The translations under genes were made by a program, and so were the position numbers. A stretch of DNA of 63,831 bases, counting the filler, from Folioceros fuciformis (taxonomy: Eukaryota): the NCBI GenBank assembly GCA_049999805.1. It is 6 parts of 6 records of this genome, joined end to end, with 100 filler letters (N's around TTAATTAATTAA, not from the genome) between each part and the next. Parts side by side here need not be neighbours in the genome. Positions count along the whole stretch, not along the records: positions 1 to 11,948 come from JBNGIO010004122.1; positions 12,049 to 17,182 come from JBNGIO010004123.1; 4 more parts are not named here. One strand, given 5' to 3'. Below the pieces are notes generated by a model that ran no database searches, was not told the origin of the DNA, and worked only from the letters and a program-made list of their open reading frames with translations. This document shows, piece by piece, positions 1-12,736 of the stretch (position 1 is its first letter; the number at the start of each line of letters is the position of its first letter).

Positions 1-120
1 CTTCGTAAGGAAAGGGCTCCCGGAGGGGAACTGAAGGCTTGCCTGTGCAGACCAATGTACACAAAAAAGATGGTGGCGAGTAGATGCGGGCGCATTCTGT
101 GAAGCAGAGAGTGAGCGGAG

Positions 121-1572
121 ATGCAGCAACCGGCTGAGAACAAATTGAAGAGTGTGCGCGGTGAGGCGGAGGGGGGAATGAGCATGAGCGGCGACCTGGA
201 GCGGGGAGTGGAAGGAGGAGGAAGAGCAGGAGGAGAAGGGATGGAGATGCTAGTGAAGATGGCGATGGAGACGGAGGAGAGGAGGAGTCGGAGCAGGGAG
301 GTGCCGAGCTGGCTGGAGGCCTTCATCAGGCCGGCTTACTTTGAGGTGTGCAACAAGCATGTCGGGGGCAAGGCGGACCGGAATCACTTCTGTTTGAATT
401 GCGAGGAAGGGCCACTTTGTTCTACCGGGTTGCAGACTCATGCAGGCCATGCCACGCTGCAGACCAGGAAGGCTTCTTACAAGGATGTGGTGCGGCTGGA
501 GGACGTACAGGAGTACCTGAATGCGGACGATATCATGATCTACAACATCAACGGAAGCAAGATCGTGTTTCTGCGCTCCAGGCCGCAGCAACAGCACACG
601 CGAGATAGCCCGCGCTGCATTATGTGCGGGAGGGAGTTCACGCATTCCGCGTCCTTCTGCTCGCTGGAGTGCAAGCTCAAGGGCATCCGGAGCAACCCGG
701 ATGACGCCAGCTTGACATTCGCCAAGGCCGGGGCGGAGGATGCGGAAGGTGGAAGATTGCGACAAGTCCAGGCCCGGGGAGACTCTTGCAGCCACGAGCC
801 GAGGCGGGATGCCGCAGGAAGGGCGCTAGTGGCGAACCGCGTGAGGGTCGGGAGGCGGAACAGTAGCAGCGATGCTAGCTCCGCTCCTGTGCAGAGGAAT
901 GCTGGCCAGAGGAGGGGAGGAAGAGGTCGGGAGGCGGAGAGGGAGGTGGAGCAGGTGAAAGTGGAGGTGCCACCTCCTGTCCCTGCCCTTGTGCCTGCAA
1001 ACAGGTCTTCGCGTGATTCTGTGGCTGCAGCCAAGCCCCCTCGTGCTCCTGCGGCAAGGAGGAGGAAAATGCTGCTGAGGACAATTGCTCCTGATGCCGC
1101 TGGACCAGGTGCTACAGCTGCTGCCGCTCTTAATTCTGCCATTGATACTGCCGCCACGGAGGCGGCTGCCGGTGCTCTAGCTGCCGCCGCTGTCGACATG
1201 GAACGCAAACGGGAACGGAAACGGGAATCGGTGGCTGAGCGGCATCGCGGCCCGGTGAAGAAGAGGCGGAAGGCAATGAAGCCGCCACCGCCACCTGTTC
1301 TTTCGGAGGGGCACGAGGAGGAAGAGGCAGGACCCGGATCCTCAAGCGATGGACAATGCCGCCGCTCGGCATCGGCAGGCTCGTTCCGCCCCCGTGTCCG
1401 CCGGAAGCGGGAAGAGAACCCCGCCTTCTCCCCAACTTCGGTGCTGGCTGTGCCTCTTTGGTCTAGTGGAGGACCGGATCCGCCCCTGCCTCTCTTGGAG
1501 GTAGAGTCGGTTGTGCAGCGGAGACGCAGGAGGAGGAAGCCTGCTGTTCCCACCCGATCCTCTTTGCAGTAG
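121..1572 (+). CDS. PLATZ zinc-dependent transcription factor, intronless, with long low-complexity basic C-terminus
   Basis: 483-aa ORF with PLATZ motifs WLEAF..YFEVCNKH..NHFCLNC..PLC..HAGH..LQTRKASYKDVVR..IYNINGSKIVFL..RPQ..CIMCGR..FCSLECK and C-terminal RRKPAVPTRS. The start codon is uncertain (several upstream Met). Confidence 0.9.
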   Translation: MQQPAENKLKSVRGEAEGGMSMSGDLERGVEGGGRAGGEGMEMLVKMAMETEERRSRSREVPSWLEAFIRPAYFEVCNKHVGGKADRNHFCLNCEEGPLCSTGLQTHAGHATLQTRKASYKDVVRLEDVQEYLNADDIMIYNINGSKIVFLRSRPQQQHTRDSPRCIMCGREFTHSASFCSLECKLKGIRSNPDDASLTFAKAGAEDAEGGRLRQVQARGDSCSHEPRRDAAGRALVANRVRVGRRNSSSDASSAPVQRNAGQRRGGRGREAEREVEQVKVEVPPPVPALVPANRSSRDSVAAAKPPRAPAARRRKMLLRTIAPDAAGPGATAAAALNSAIDTAATEAAAGALAAAAVDMERKRERKRESVAERHRGPVKKRRKAMKPPPPPVLSEGHEEEEAGPGSSSDGQCRRSASAGSFRPRVRRKREENPAFSPTSVLAVPLWSSGGPDPPLPLLEVESVVQRRRRRRKPAVPTRSSLQ

Positions 1573-1656
1573 AGCACCTTCCATTGGTTGTGAAGCCCAG
1601 ACGGATGGAAGGAGCCTTTGAGCACCTTCCATCGGTTGTGAAGCCCAGACGGATGG
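1571..1656. repeat. Short tandem duplication at the PLATZ stop/3' UTR
   Basis: gagcaccttccat(t/c)ggttgtgaagcccagacggatgg occurs twice. Confidence 0.8.
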
Positions 1657-2955
1657 CTCTCTCGGAGCGGAGAGTAGACGCAAGCCTGGGCTCGAATTTG
1701 AAGGGAGCGACGAAGAAATGGAGTGTGGATATGGCTTGTTTATTTTGTAAAATTTCCGTTGTAGATAGTACACTCTCACGGAGTATTCACTCTTATTTAT
1801 GGTTTATGGTAGTGGTAGAAGATGCTGTAGCTCCAGAAATTCGACATTCGAATGTGGTTTCATATGGCATGCCAAAGGAACACTCTCTCACTATATATTT
1901 TTTAATGCTTTCTCATGGTGTATCTTCACGAATATTCCATTTCGTCTCATGGTGTATCTTCACGAATATGTCCCTTTCAGTACTTAAGGGCACACATAAA
2001 AAAGTCGGGCCCCAAAGGGACACAAAAAAGGGGACTCGGCACGAAAGGGGGCACACACAGAGAAAAACACACCACAACACCAAAGGGGACTCGGCACAAA
2101 CACCATAACACGTACATATCTCAGGAAACAANNNNNNNNNNGGGGACTCGGCACAAACACCATAACACGTACATATCTCAGGAAACAAGCACAAACTCTT
2201 GGTTTTCATGTGAAACTGTCATAGAGATTTTCTATCTCTAGGGTTGGATCTTTAAAGAATATTCTCTTTTTAGGGTTTACAAAACAACGACACCCAATTG
2301 GATCTTTACAAGATATTCCTGTTTTTAGGGTTTGCGCCGCTTCCCAACTGTTACGTGTATATGGCTTTATATAGGCTTTTAGGGTCAGCACCCAAGGCAG
2401 ACAATCACTAGCCCTTAGGGTGTTCGGTATACGATGTGCTAAAGTTCGCCATTCCGATTCTGCAAGTGTGGTGTTTCATTATAATCCATCACAACATTGA
2501 CTATCAGTCTTCCATCACTTTTCACTTTTCCATCTAGAACACATAACATACTTTTGAGCAACCATGAGCCACAAAATTGGGCGCTCAACGAGCACCAAAA
2601 TGTGCCACCCTATCTATTGCTAAGCTGTTGCATGCACACCGTATAACCAAAAAAGGGTTTTCTTCATGGGGGTGTCTGCTTACCACTCAATCCACATCTA
2701 CTCGAGCCACTACTCTGCCTATATCCCCTACAGCCACAACTCTATTTACATCCCCTCTGTATATTTGCAACCTCTACGAATCCCCTAATTCCACAGCTAC
2801 CTCGTCCATACCTACTGTTAGTGTATCCATGCTTGCCTTCAAGGTATCGACACCCGCCTTCAAGTTCTCCACCCCTATGACCGTGTGTCACTTTGTGCAC
2901 AACAGCCACCATAGACCTCAAGGCACAGAACACATCCTTCACTATATCTTCGTTG

Positions 2956-3168
2956 TCACTCCCACCTCCTATTCCTCGCTGCGAGCCTACGTTGACACTC
3001 CCACCTCCTATGCCTTGCTGCGAGCCTACGTTGACACTCCCACCTCCTATGCCTTGCTACGAGCCTACGTTGACACTCCCACCTCCTGTGCCTTGCTGCG
3101 AGCCTGCGTTGACACTCCCACCTCCTGTGCCTTGCTGCGAGCCTACGTTGACACTCCCACCTCCTGTG
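2956..3168. repeat. 39-bp minisatellite, about 5.5 copies
   Basis: Unit gttgacactcccacctcct(a/g)tgccttgctgcgagcctac. Confidence 0.9.
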
Positions 3169-3199
3169 ACGGTATGCCTTCTCGGTGTTAGAGCCACAC

Positions 3200-4260
3200 C
3201 TCGTCCGCCAGGCAATTGGGGTCGGTGTCGTGTCCTCTCGTCCTCTTCTGAGCCCAATTGAGGGTCTGTGTACGTGACTTCCCTCCTCCGCCACTGTGGC
3301 CTTGGGTTCAGTGGACTTATGATCACCGTATTGTGCCCCACTTCCCTTTCTCACTGTGCTCCCTACGTTTGCCCCCCCCACCCCTCGTTGGCTGCTGCCT
3401 ACTCGATCCTGCACTTCCCCCATTTCTTGCAATGCTAGCATGGGTGGGGTCTACCAAGGAGTCCTTCCCCCACCTTCTAGTTGCCTATTGCTAAGAACCA
3501 TCACAGGTTCTCGCTCCACCCAAGCCTACGCTTCTTCCTCTATGAGTTCTTCCAAGATTGCCTCCGAAAAACAGGGAGGCAACCCCCACACCCAGAAGCA
3601 ATGGGAGAAGCACATCCCCCACGAGTCCTCATTTGTAGGAAGTAAGCCCTTGTTCCTCCCCCTCCTCCCGTGGGCTACCCCGAACCGTCTGTCTTCTGCT
3701 CTCCAAGGGTATCGGGGAATCCTCTGCTCCTCTGGCTGCCGCTGTTCCCAACCCTGTCCTCCTGGTGTGGGTTGCCATCCCAACTCTCCCGGTTGCGGGT
3801 TCCGCGACTGTTGCTGCTTCCTCTACCCTGGTGGGGCTGTCCTCTACCAGCGTGGTCTCCCTCTGACCGATAGCGTCTTCTGCTACCTCAGTCGTAGACC
3901 TGCTACTCCGTTTGACCTTCCCTTTTCCTTTCACTCGGCTCCGAGCCTCATGCTGTTCACATTTATAACGGTTCGCGAGCTTCTGGACCTTCTCCATTGC
4001 AACTGCCTCCTGCTCTTGTGCCCTCAACAGCTCCTATTGCATTTCCTGGTTAGCTTCGTGGACCTCCTTAACTTGAGTCAAGAGCAATCCTTGCTGATCT
4101 TTCACCCTCCTGAGCCCGACGTACTTCCTCCTACGCTTATTCCTTTGCTGCACTCAGGGCCTGTCGGACTTCCTCCAGTTGCTCCCGCCTTGCTTCCATC
4201 TCAGATACCTTGGCCCGCACCTCCTCTTCTCTCTGGCCCTGCATGCTTAGTCAAGTGAGC
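3200..4260 (-). pseudogene. Decayed coiled-coil/low-complexity ORF, probably TE-derived
   Basis: Minus strand reads QREEEVRAKVSEMEARREQLEEVRQALSAAKE*A*EEVRRAQE...EANQEMQ*ELLRAQEQEAVAMEKVQK. The TAA/TAG stops sit where CAA/CAG would fit, and there is a frameshift. Confidence 0.4.
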
Positions 4261-6087
4261 GCCTGTGCAACCTGATAGGGGTGGTCGAGAGCGTTGCTCC
4301 GCAGCTAGTGGTGAGGGGGACGGATAAGCAAGGTTTGCTGACACGGGAGAGGAGCTGGGGATTGGAGCGAAGCAGGTTTGGAACTTGCTCGTAACACTGT
4401 TGTGTCGTCCACAAGCTTCTCCTTCCCTTATTCCCTGAGCTACTAACCGTGTTCCAAAATTCCGAGTGTGGAAATGTGTGTGTGAAGACGAAGATTGAAG
4501 GGGTGAGTGAAGAAAATGTGTGTGTGAGTGACCTGAGAAGAGAAGGAGAGAAGGAGAGAAGGAGAGAAGGAGAGAAGAGTGGCCAAGTACTTAACGCGAT
4601 GTGAGGTGTGAGGCAAGAGATTGAGAGTGAAGGAGAAGAACTAACTACAACTAACTGAAGAAGATTGCTGGGAGATTGTTGCAAGATTGCTGGAGATTTG
4701 AAATGGCTCCTGGAAGATTTTTGAGAGATTTCTAGGTGTTTGTGGAAGGTTGTTGAAGATCGTTGGAAATTGTGGTGGGTTGCTGAGGAATTGATGAGGA
4801 TTTGTGGACATTGTTGGAGGGTTGGGGACATTTGGAAGCGGGCCCGTGAGAAGCAAGTGTGAGGCAGAGCGCGTGTGCATTTTGTATGTGTGGAGAGTTT
4901 TGCCTGAGTGAGTGAAGGAGGGTGGCTGGTTCGTGGGGCCTTGTTTCCCAAGAATTGGCACTTACAGGAGTAGAGAGCATCCCATAAGACCAAATCGGTG
5001 AGTCTGGAAGCCCTTGGGGCAGAAACTCGTGGTGCCGCGTGCACCAGAAAAATATTAGTTAGGGTTCTGAGTGGATCCCACCACGGTCGTAGAAACAACT
5101 ACCGAACGCGAAAACAGCAACCGCAATCGAGGAGCGGGATCGGAGTTGTAGAGTAGGGTCCATGGTAGCTGGGCTAACTGGGGGTAATAGTAGATGAACT
5201 GGTAGGTAGAAAGGACGGTAATGGGTGAGTCTTGACTCAGGTAAGAGATAGTAGTGATAGAGGTTAGCATTCCTTTGCACAAATCAATTCCCTTGGGAGC
5301 ATGCCAACACATGCCGGGCGGATGGACAAGGCGCTCGTCTTTCCGTAGTGGTTGGCGGGTGCGTCGGGAGGTAGAAGGGCTGCGAAACCCAAAACCCTGG
5401 GCGAAAGATTGGGTTGGAAGGTGATGGCATGTTTCCTGTCGATGGACGGAAACGTCTTTCGAGTGGCCTGTACACACGTTTTTTCACATGCATGTGCCAA
5501 TTGCCCGACAGTTTGGTTTTGGACGTTTGGTTTTGGACGCTCCAAAGGGGACGCATAAACCGTGTGTTTGTAAAAAAACCTAGAGGGTCCCCTTTGGCAT
5601 GCCATAGTTTCATCCAAAAAAAAGCTTTTGGGACACATATCTGCTGGGTAGTGTACGCAACACGATGGCACTGGTTTTCTGCTTGAGTTTTGCTCGTTTT
5701 GCACTCCGCACCAGTACAGAACAGTTGTGACTTGTGTTATTAGTTTGTTATCAGCCACTGCTTTCGGCGCAAGTACCAAAAGTTAGATCACACCGTCATC
5801 TTGAGAGCATCACAGATGATTCATCCCCACGTCCCGGGATTTTAAAAAATTGAACCAAGTACATAGTACAACAATCATCCTTGGTGGTGCGCGCGTGCAA
5901 CCTAACTTCTAAACCCAAAACTTGTCACCAAGGCCTGAATGCCCGCCTATCAGTCTGAAGTTGAGCATTTGAAAAAGTGTCGTATCAGTTCTGAAGGAAA
6001 GACGCACTCAGACGTGGTCAAGAATCACGAGAATGGACGGACGGTAGGGTGGAAGAGAGGGCAAGGCAGAGCAGACCACAGCAGGAC

Positions 6088-8936
6088 TCAGAGCATGCCA
6101 CCTTGGCTGTAATTCTGATACGTCCGAATCTCACCTCCTAGGCCAGCAGTCACAATTACCAAACCAAAGCTACGGGACACAGAGAAGTCAGAAGTCTTGG
6201 ACAAGGAACTGCCCACCGCAGCGTTGAAATCTACGCTGCTACTGCTGTTACTACTCAGCTGAGGAGACCCATGCCCGTTCGAGGCCATAGTCGAAGGCTT
6301 GGAAGAAAGAGACAAGGTACTGCTGGAGGTGGCGGCAGCACTGCTGGAGGTGGTCATGGAAGGCTGTTTGAGGTCTACGAGAGAAGACTGGGGGTTGTAA
6401 GACTGGGAGTCTTCTCTGGTATCTGCAGAGCTGAAACTATTCTGGCTGCTGATACTACTAGTTTGAAATTGAAATGTAAGATAAGGTTCTAGAGGAGATG
6501 CACCACAAGATAGCGACTTTACTGACAGCTCCGAGCTGCTGACCGGTGATGGGTGACCCGAGGCATATGATCCAGCAGGCAATACCTGTTTAGAACTTCT
6601 CTCCACATCCGGATACTCCATGCCGTGATCAAGGGCACCTGATGATCGCAGTCCACTACAACCATTCTCGTCACCGCCACTTGTGTTGTCATCGTCATAC
6701 TCGGGTGACTCTAAGTTGTGACCCATATTGTAGCTACGATCCTTGGTGGCTCCTGTCGTCCAAGTTCGTTGCTCCCCGTTGCACATGTTGTCACTCCTAG
6801 ACTCGCTTGCAAGCTCTTGTCCATCCTTGTCCAGGGACGGACGCAGTCTATGACCTGTACTGCGAAGAAGCTGCCTGGAGGTGCATACTTCCCGTGCATC
6901 CACATTTTCTCGGGATGCCCCCAGCCAGGGTGAAACAGCCCTGGACCTGCCTTTAGAGTAATCCCCATATTCAAATACATCACTGTGAGAATGCAATGGC
7001 GATCCATCTCCAGAGGGCCGAAAACTCATTCCTGTCCACGGGATTGCTACACAGACGTCACGACAACCAAAGTCCTCGAATGACTGATCAGCTTCCCTTC
7101 TGGGAGTTTGGGCCTGAGAAGAAGGCACAGTCCAAATGTAAACTCGGGAGTCTTCACTCGGACAAATAATATAATGCCCATCTGGGCTGAAGGATGCAGA
7201 GAGTTTGCCATTTGTGTGTCGAATCCCTGTAAACAGACTATTGACATAAGAAGACGCGGGTCTATTCCCAACCACCACAAACGAAGGTCATCAACACACC
7301 TTTGTATCGGCAGCTTAGCTGTGTGCCGTTAAAAAGCCTCACACGAGAGTCGTTCGTTGTGATGAGCAACCTTTCTGCATCTCCTGGCATGCACTGCACA
7401 AACAAGAGTTGATGGTCGGGGCACAGCAATCAAACCCAGCATATATGATAAACCCTGGAAGGCAGACAGAAGTAGCACACACCTGAAGACCAACTATCTT
7501 CTTGCCATACCCTTTCTTTTTCTTATTTTCACACACCTCAAACTGGTGCGAGAGTTGTAGCTTGTTGGCTGTTTAGTCACACGGCGCAATCAGCGTTCCA
7601 CACCCCTTAAGGTGTTACCCACTCATGAAACAGGCTATATTCTACTGATTGTTGAATTGAAGCGGCCACACACTGCAACACATGATGATAACTTGCCAGT
7701 TGTTTTGTAGCAACGGCAGAAGCCCTTGTATGTACCAACGAATGCCTTCTGTACAGAGGGCACACTGAAATCAGTCTGGCAACACACGGGCAACAGTTGC
7801 TGAAAGCTATGTGCTGCAAAGTTTCCACCACAGTACCTCGCCTTCAGGTGTGTAACAAACTGCTGATACCATTGCCCTAATATCCGCCCAGTCCACAACT
7901 TGATAGTCAGGGATGCTCCAAATTCGGATTTTGTCATCAAGTGATCCGCTTATGAAATATCTGTCATCCACTGGGTTGAACTGAATGCAGGTGACTACTC
8001 CGACCTCCACAGAACGCAAAATTTATCGAGACTGATCAGAACGTGTGCCAGTTCGAAGGGGGAACAGAATGCAAGTTCATGTGTGAAAAGAAGACGGTAA
8101 CATACGATATACCATAGTCATTGTGTGCAAAGATTCGAAGGCAGTCCGCAGACGAGCTATGCCACAAACGGACTGTATTGTCCATTGACGCCGACAACAA
8201 CAACTGTCACAAAACAGAGCTAAGATCAGATTAGGACTCCCTGACCCAACTCTCTTGTGAAATACGCCTTCCACACGAAGCAATACGTGTCAAGACCTGA
8301 CCTGTATGTGGAGAAGGCTGTGTGTACCTGAGAATACGACCAAGAAAGATCCAATACATCCTTGGTGTGACCATAATATGAATGTAACGGTTTCTCCGAA
8401 AGCTTAAACGACCTGTCTCCCAGATCCGACGCCACCTTCCTCAACGAAGGATCAATGTCGCCAGGCTTATGCCCGTTTTGCAAACCAGCCCGTGGTGAAC
8501 AGCTTGCTTTGCCAGATGAATCCGACCTCTCCATATCATCAGAGGATGCAGCTACAAAACAGGGACCATCCTGAACCTCCCAAACATGAATCACGAAGTC
8601 CGTGCCCGCGGACGCCAATAAACGCCCGTCCACACTGAATTTCATGGCCAAGACAGCTCCCATATGTGCCTGGATCTCCTGCTCCCTGAACAGCTCCGTG
8701 AACTCCTTGGCAGGCTTCCGATGAGCACGAACCTTCATCCGCTCCGAGCCCCTCGACAGAGACGCGGACTTGGCATCAGCTGCAACAAAAACAAGACCGT
8801 GAGCACCGATCCCCGTTCATTCTTCCCAATCCTAGATCTACCATGCCATCATACCGGACAGCGCCTTCTTGGCCTGCTCGAGGGCCTTAGGTTTGCCGAC
8901 GTCCGCATCCAGCCAGGCCTTGATCTGGCGCCTCAT
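6088..8936 (-). CDS. WD40-repeat protein, WDR44-like, 8 exons
   Basis: Spliced exons read [125 protein letters not shown]|..[11 protein letters not shown]|..[40 protein letters not shown]. The start is inferred. Confidence 0.9.
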
Positions 8937-11120
8937 TCTGACAGGCCGCAGATCCGGCGTCAGACACTTCCAGCTCCCTCAGCCCGGGCTAGCCAGCCGC
9001 ATGCGGAATCGCCGGTGGCGATTCCAGGATCACATAGCAAGGCTCCGAGCTCCAGACTTCAATCTGCTGTCGTCTGAATGACCCCAATCTCATGGATCTG
9101 AAACCTTCTGCGGCTTCAGCTCCAGATTCCTCTTCCACCTCGCTGGTAGTGATCATGGAGATGGCCAATGCAGCGGGTGCGCGGGATCATCGGAGAGGGT
9201 CACTGCAACGCAATTGCTCCATGCACCGGGTGACGTGTGCTGTGACCTACGCCCTGGAACATTTCACGTCCCAGTCTTCATCTTACAAAACTGAGCTTCT
9301 TAAAGGACAAGGTCTTCACACCAGGGTTAACGGTCCCGCGTGTCCAATAAACAACGCTACGCCATGGACTGTACAAGGTATGGCTCTTTTCGCCTGCTCG
9401 TTGTTGTCATTGCTTTTGCCACTTCCACGTCCGGAGGCTAGTCCCCCCTTCCCTTTCGCCCCTTCGTGAAAATTCAGGTACCGAGGACTTCGGCGACACC
9501 CGTGGGGGCAGAGAAAAACCGTGGGCCTAACCTTATTGTCAAGTATATTTTATTGAAAAAATAGATGAAAGATTTTTATCTATTTTATTCAAAGAAGAGG
9601 GTTTGAGATCTCATAAGTAAAAAAGAAAAAAAAAGGAGGAGACCCAAAGATGCTGCCAAATATCTTGTCTCTTGCTCCCCCTCTTGTTGCTATCCTATAT
9701 AGCGTGTAGGTAAGCTTCAGGCGTAGGATGATTCGTTTCAATATGGAAGGCCTATCTACTCCTTGCTTTTGTGCTTGTTGTTGTCCCACCACATACAATG
9801 GCAATTTCTTTGCGGTGTAATATTTTTATTGAAAGAAGTTTTTTTAATTTTTTATTTACCCTTTCTCTTAGAGGGGCCTAAATTAGTAGGCATAAAAACC
9901 TAGCTCATTGATGAATAGACTTTCTTGTCAAGGGGCATTCTCTTGAGTGAATCTTCATCAAAGTACATTCTCTTATTGGAAATCCAATTGAGGTGTTCAT
10001 GTGCGTAGTGTGCTCTTAAAGACCACGTGATATAAATGTGGATTTAAGAAGCCAAGTTATAGTTCTGAGAAATATGGAAAATATGGATGCAGGTACTAGA
10101 GATTTTATGGTGTCTAAAAGAAACAAACCCTTCACTTTTACAACCTTATAACATGATGACCAAAACACATGGGTGAAGGATCATTTACTCACTTTACTCA
10201 ATAATGCAATCTCAAGTGGGATCAATGATGATAATAACATGGTCCTTCTATATCATTGAAACATGCCAAGGAGACAATGTTAAGCAAAGTAAAAGGTACT
10301 CTATGTGAGGAATAGAGCCATACCCCTTCACCAACAACAATATGACATCACCAGTAGCATCGCATTTAGCACTTTGTTCTTGCCCATGAATGGAAAGTAA
10401 GGTTGGCCCTTGAGTCATCAAAGAACAAGGTCTGACCGAGATAGGCGTATTCCACCATTTTAGGCTTCGCGAGATTTTGATACTGAAAACTTGTCTAAGA
10501 TATCTGCATTTTCACGAGTTTTTGATAGGAGAACCCGAAATGTGGCCTAAAAGAGTGTTGAGTCTAAATGTAATCATCAATTGTTTCAAAAGTACTAGCA
10601 AATTTGCGCGTGTCATTTCATTCAAATACATGACAAAATCTCGTAATATGGCGGGTATCACGTAATTCACATGTTATCCGATTCCATGTAAAGCCCTAAG
10701 TGTGCGAGCTATACCTCATATCAGGTGACCCTATTCTTCAAAAATATCACCTGTCGATATCTATCTTCATTTTCCACAAACGGTGGCGAAATAGAACTCC
10801 AGTGAATCGGCGCGAAACAAGCGGGAGTGCGCCGGTCTACCGGCAGACCGGCGCACACTGCCAAAGGCACATGTATGGCAAGTGGAAAACGAAACTTGCC
10901 TAGCGCTACATACAAAAATTATCATACTAGTTTGTACTTAACACTTTTATCTAAACGTCTAACAAGTTTTCATTATTTTTAGGCAGTAGTGTATCCTTGT
11001 CGCGATTGAGGACGTATAGGTTTCTGCGAATGAGAGTCCTCGTTCGGGAGGGAAGCTGTTTTTGGCGTGTCAAGTCAAATCCATATGCTAGAATAAAAGT
11101 GTCTTCAATGAATAATGTAT

Positions 11121-11948
11121 CTATATGCTTTGCTTTTGAAGTCTTCTGCTTGACCTGCGTCTGCGACCTCCATGTAACCCTCTTGGTGGAGCTTCATGTG
11201 GTAAAATCATCTCTTCTTGGTAACGACCCTCAAAAGCATTTGAACATTTGGTTACCCACCAGTGCACTTTGACATATGGTTTTTCGCATGTAATATCTGC
11301 CTCTAAGGCTTTGGCAATCCAAAACGGCGTATTGTCTTCGTCATTCTTGCAAGGGACTGCAATCATATGCCCTTTTTCTATTTTGGTTATATCCCCGTTC
11401 AAACTTTCGCGGTCGTCATTGAGGTCCGTCTGCCTACGATATGCCCCCACATACATGTTTCTTCTAGGGATCTCGCAGATGCATGGATTGTGAATAACGA
11501 TTTCGTCTAGTACAATTACGGGTGCATTCAATAGTTCTGCTGCCTCTCGATTATACCACCGCCAAGGAGAATCAAGGTCTCTGTCTACACCGAAGTTTAT
11601 TGAATGCACGATAGCCTCTTGCTCTGCCCAAAACCCATCCCACCACAAGTTCTCGCCTGGTCCTAAGTGTTGTCCTAATTCCATCTCCAGTTTTGATCTA
11701 ATTTGTGCCAGATGATATTCAACAACATTGTCCAAAACTATCCTCTGTTTTTTGCTCCTGGATTGTAGATGTAGAAATGGAGTAGCTTTGATATTTGTGT
11801 CTGGAATATGCTTCAGCAACTCGATACCCTCATCTAGCGACCAAAATTCATTTGTAGAATACTGCTTCCCGTGCATCACTGTTATAAAGCCCCGTTCACA
11901 TTGGCTCTCCCTTGTGATCTTGAACTGGTGTTGGAACGAAATATTGTG
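11121..11948 (-). mobile_element. Probable C-terminal part of a DNA-transposon protein, truncated by the scaffold end
   Basis: Intronless, AT-richer ORF open up to the gap (HNISFQHQFKI..MHGKQYS..W..IELLK..MIAVPC..PFWIAK..VKVHWW) in AT-rich non-genic context. Family not firmly recognised. Confidence 0.4.
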
Positions 11949-12048
11949 NNNNNNNNNNNNNNNNNNNNNNNNNNNNNNNNNNNNNNNNNNNNTTAATTAA
12001 TTAANNNNNNNNNNNNNNNNNNNNNNNNNNNNNNNNNNNNNNNNNNNN
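11949..12048. other. Artificial scaffold spacer
   Basis: 44 N + ttaattaattaa (stops in all six frames) + 44 N. Confidence 0.97.
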
Positions 12049-12736
12049 GCCTGTGCCTATGCCTATGGTGACAGGAGGATGGGCCAGCGCTCCGGATGGC
12101 CCATACGCTTGGGGCCTGTGCTACATAACGGAGATTGCCTGCTCTGCGTACTGCGCCTCCTCTTCCACCTATCCATGCGCACCAGGCAAAAACTACTGCG
12201 GCCGAGGCCCCATCCAGCTATCCTGGTGCGTTGACCTAGCGCTCCGTGTCTCTCCATGCAATCCCTGGGCCTTTTCTCCACACCATTACATTCCCTGGCT
12301 AGCGCGTGGAGGATGCATCCCTGAATTGCCTACTAAACGCGCTTGATGTCATTATGGTGCCAGGAATTACAACTACGGGCAAGCAGGAGCCGCTTTGGGC
12401 CTGGACCTGCTCAACAATCCAGATCTTGTGGCAACGGACAATGTCGTGTCCTGGAAGACAGCGCTCTGGTTCTGGAACACTGCGCAGCCTCCCAAGCCGT
12501 CTGCTCACTCGGTCATGGTAGGACAGTGGAGCCCTTCCAGCGCCGATCAGGCCGCCAACCGCCTCCCCGGCTTCGGAGTCACCACAAACATCATCAACGG
12601 CGGCTTAGAGTGTGGCCCCAGTGGCAATCAGGCCGCCGTACAGGACCGCATCGGTTTCTACGAGCGCTATTGCCAAATTCTGGGTGTGCCGACGGGAGCC
12701 AACGTCGACTGCAGCAACCAGACCCCGTGGTCATAG
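12049..12736 (+). CDS. Class I GH19 chitinase, 3' half (exons 2-3) of a duplicate copy
   Basis: Appears identical to 14621-15308; [52 protein letters not shown]. Confidence 0.85.

Noticed and set aside
2085-2190. Direct repeat around a 10-N gap (similar cases at ~22050-22155 and ~57915-57990)
   Set aside because: Most likely unmerged contig overlaps, not biological repeats
2956-3168. 39-bp repeats as a CRISPR-like array
   Set aside because: The units are contiguous with no unique spacers, there are no cas genes, and the context is eukaryotic
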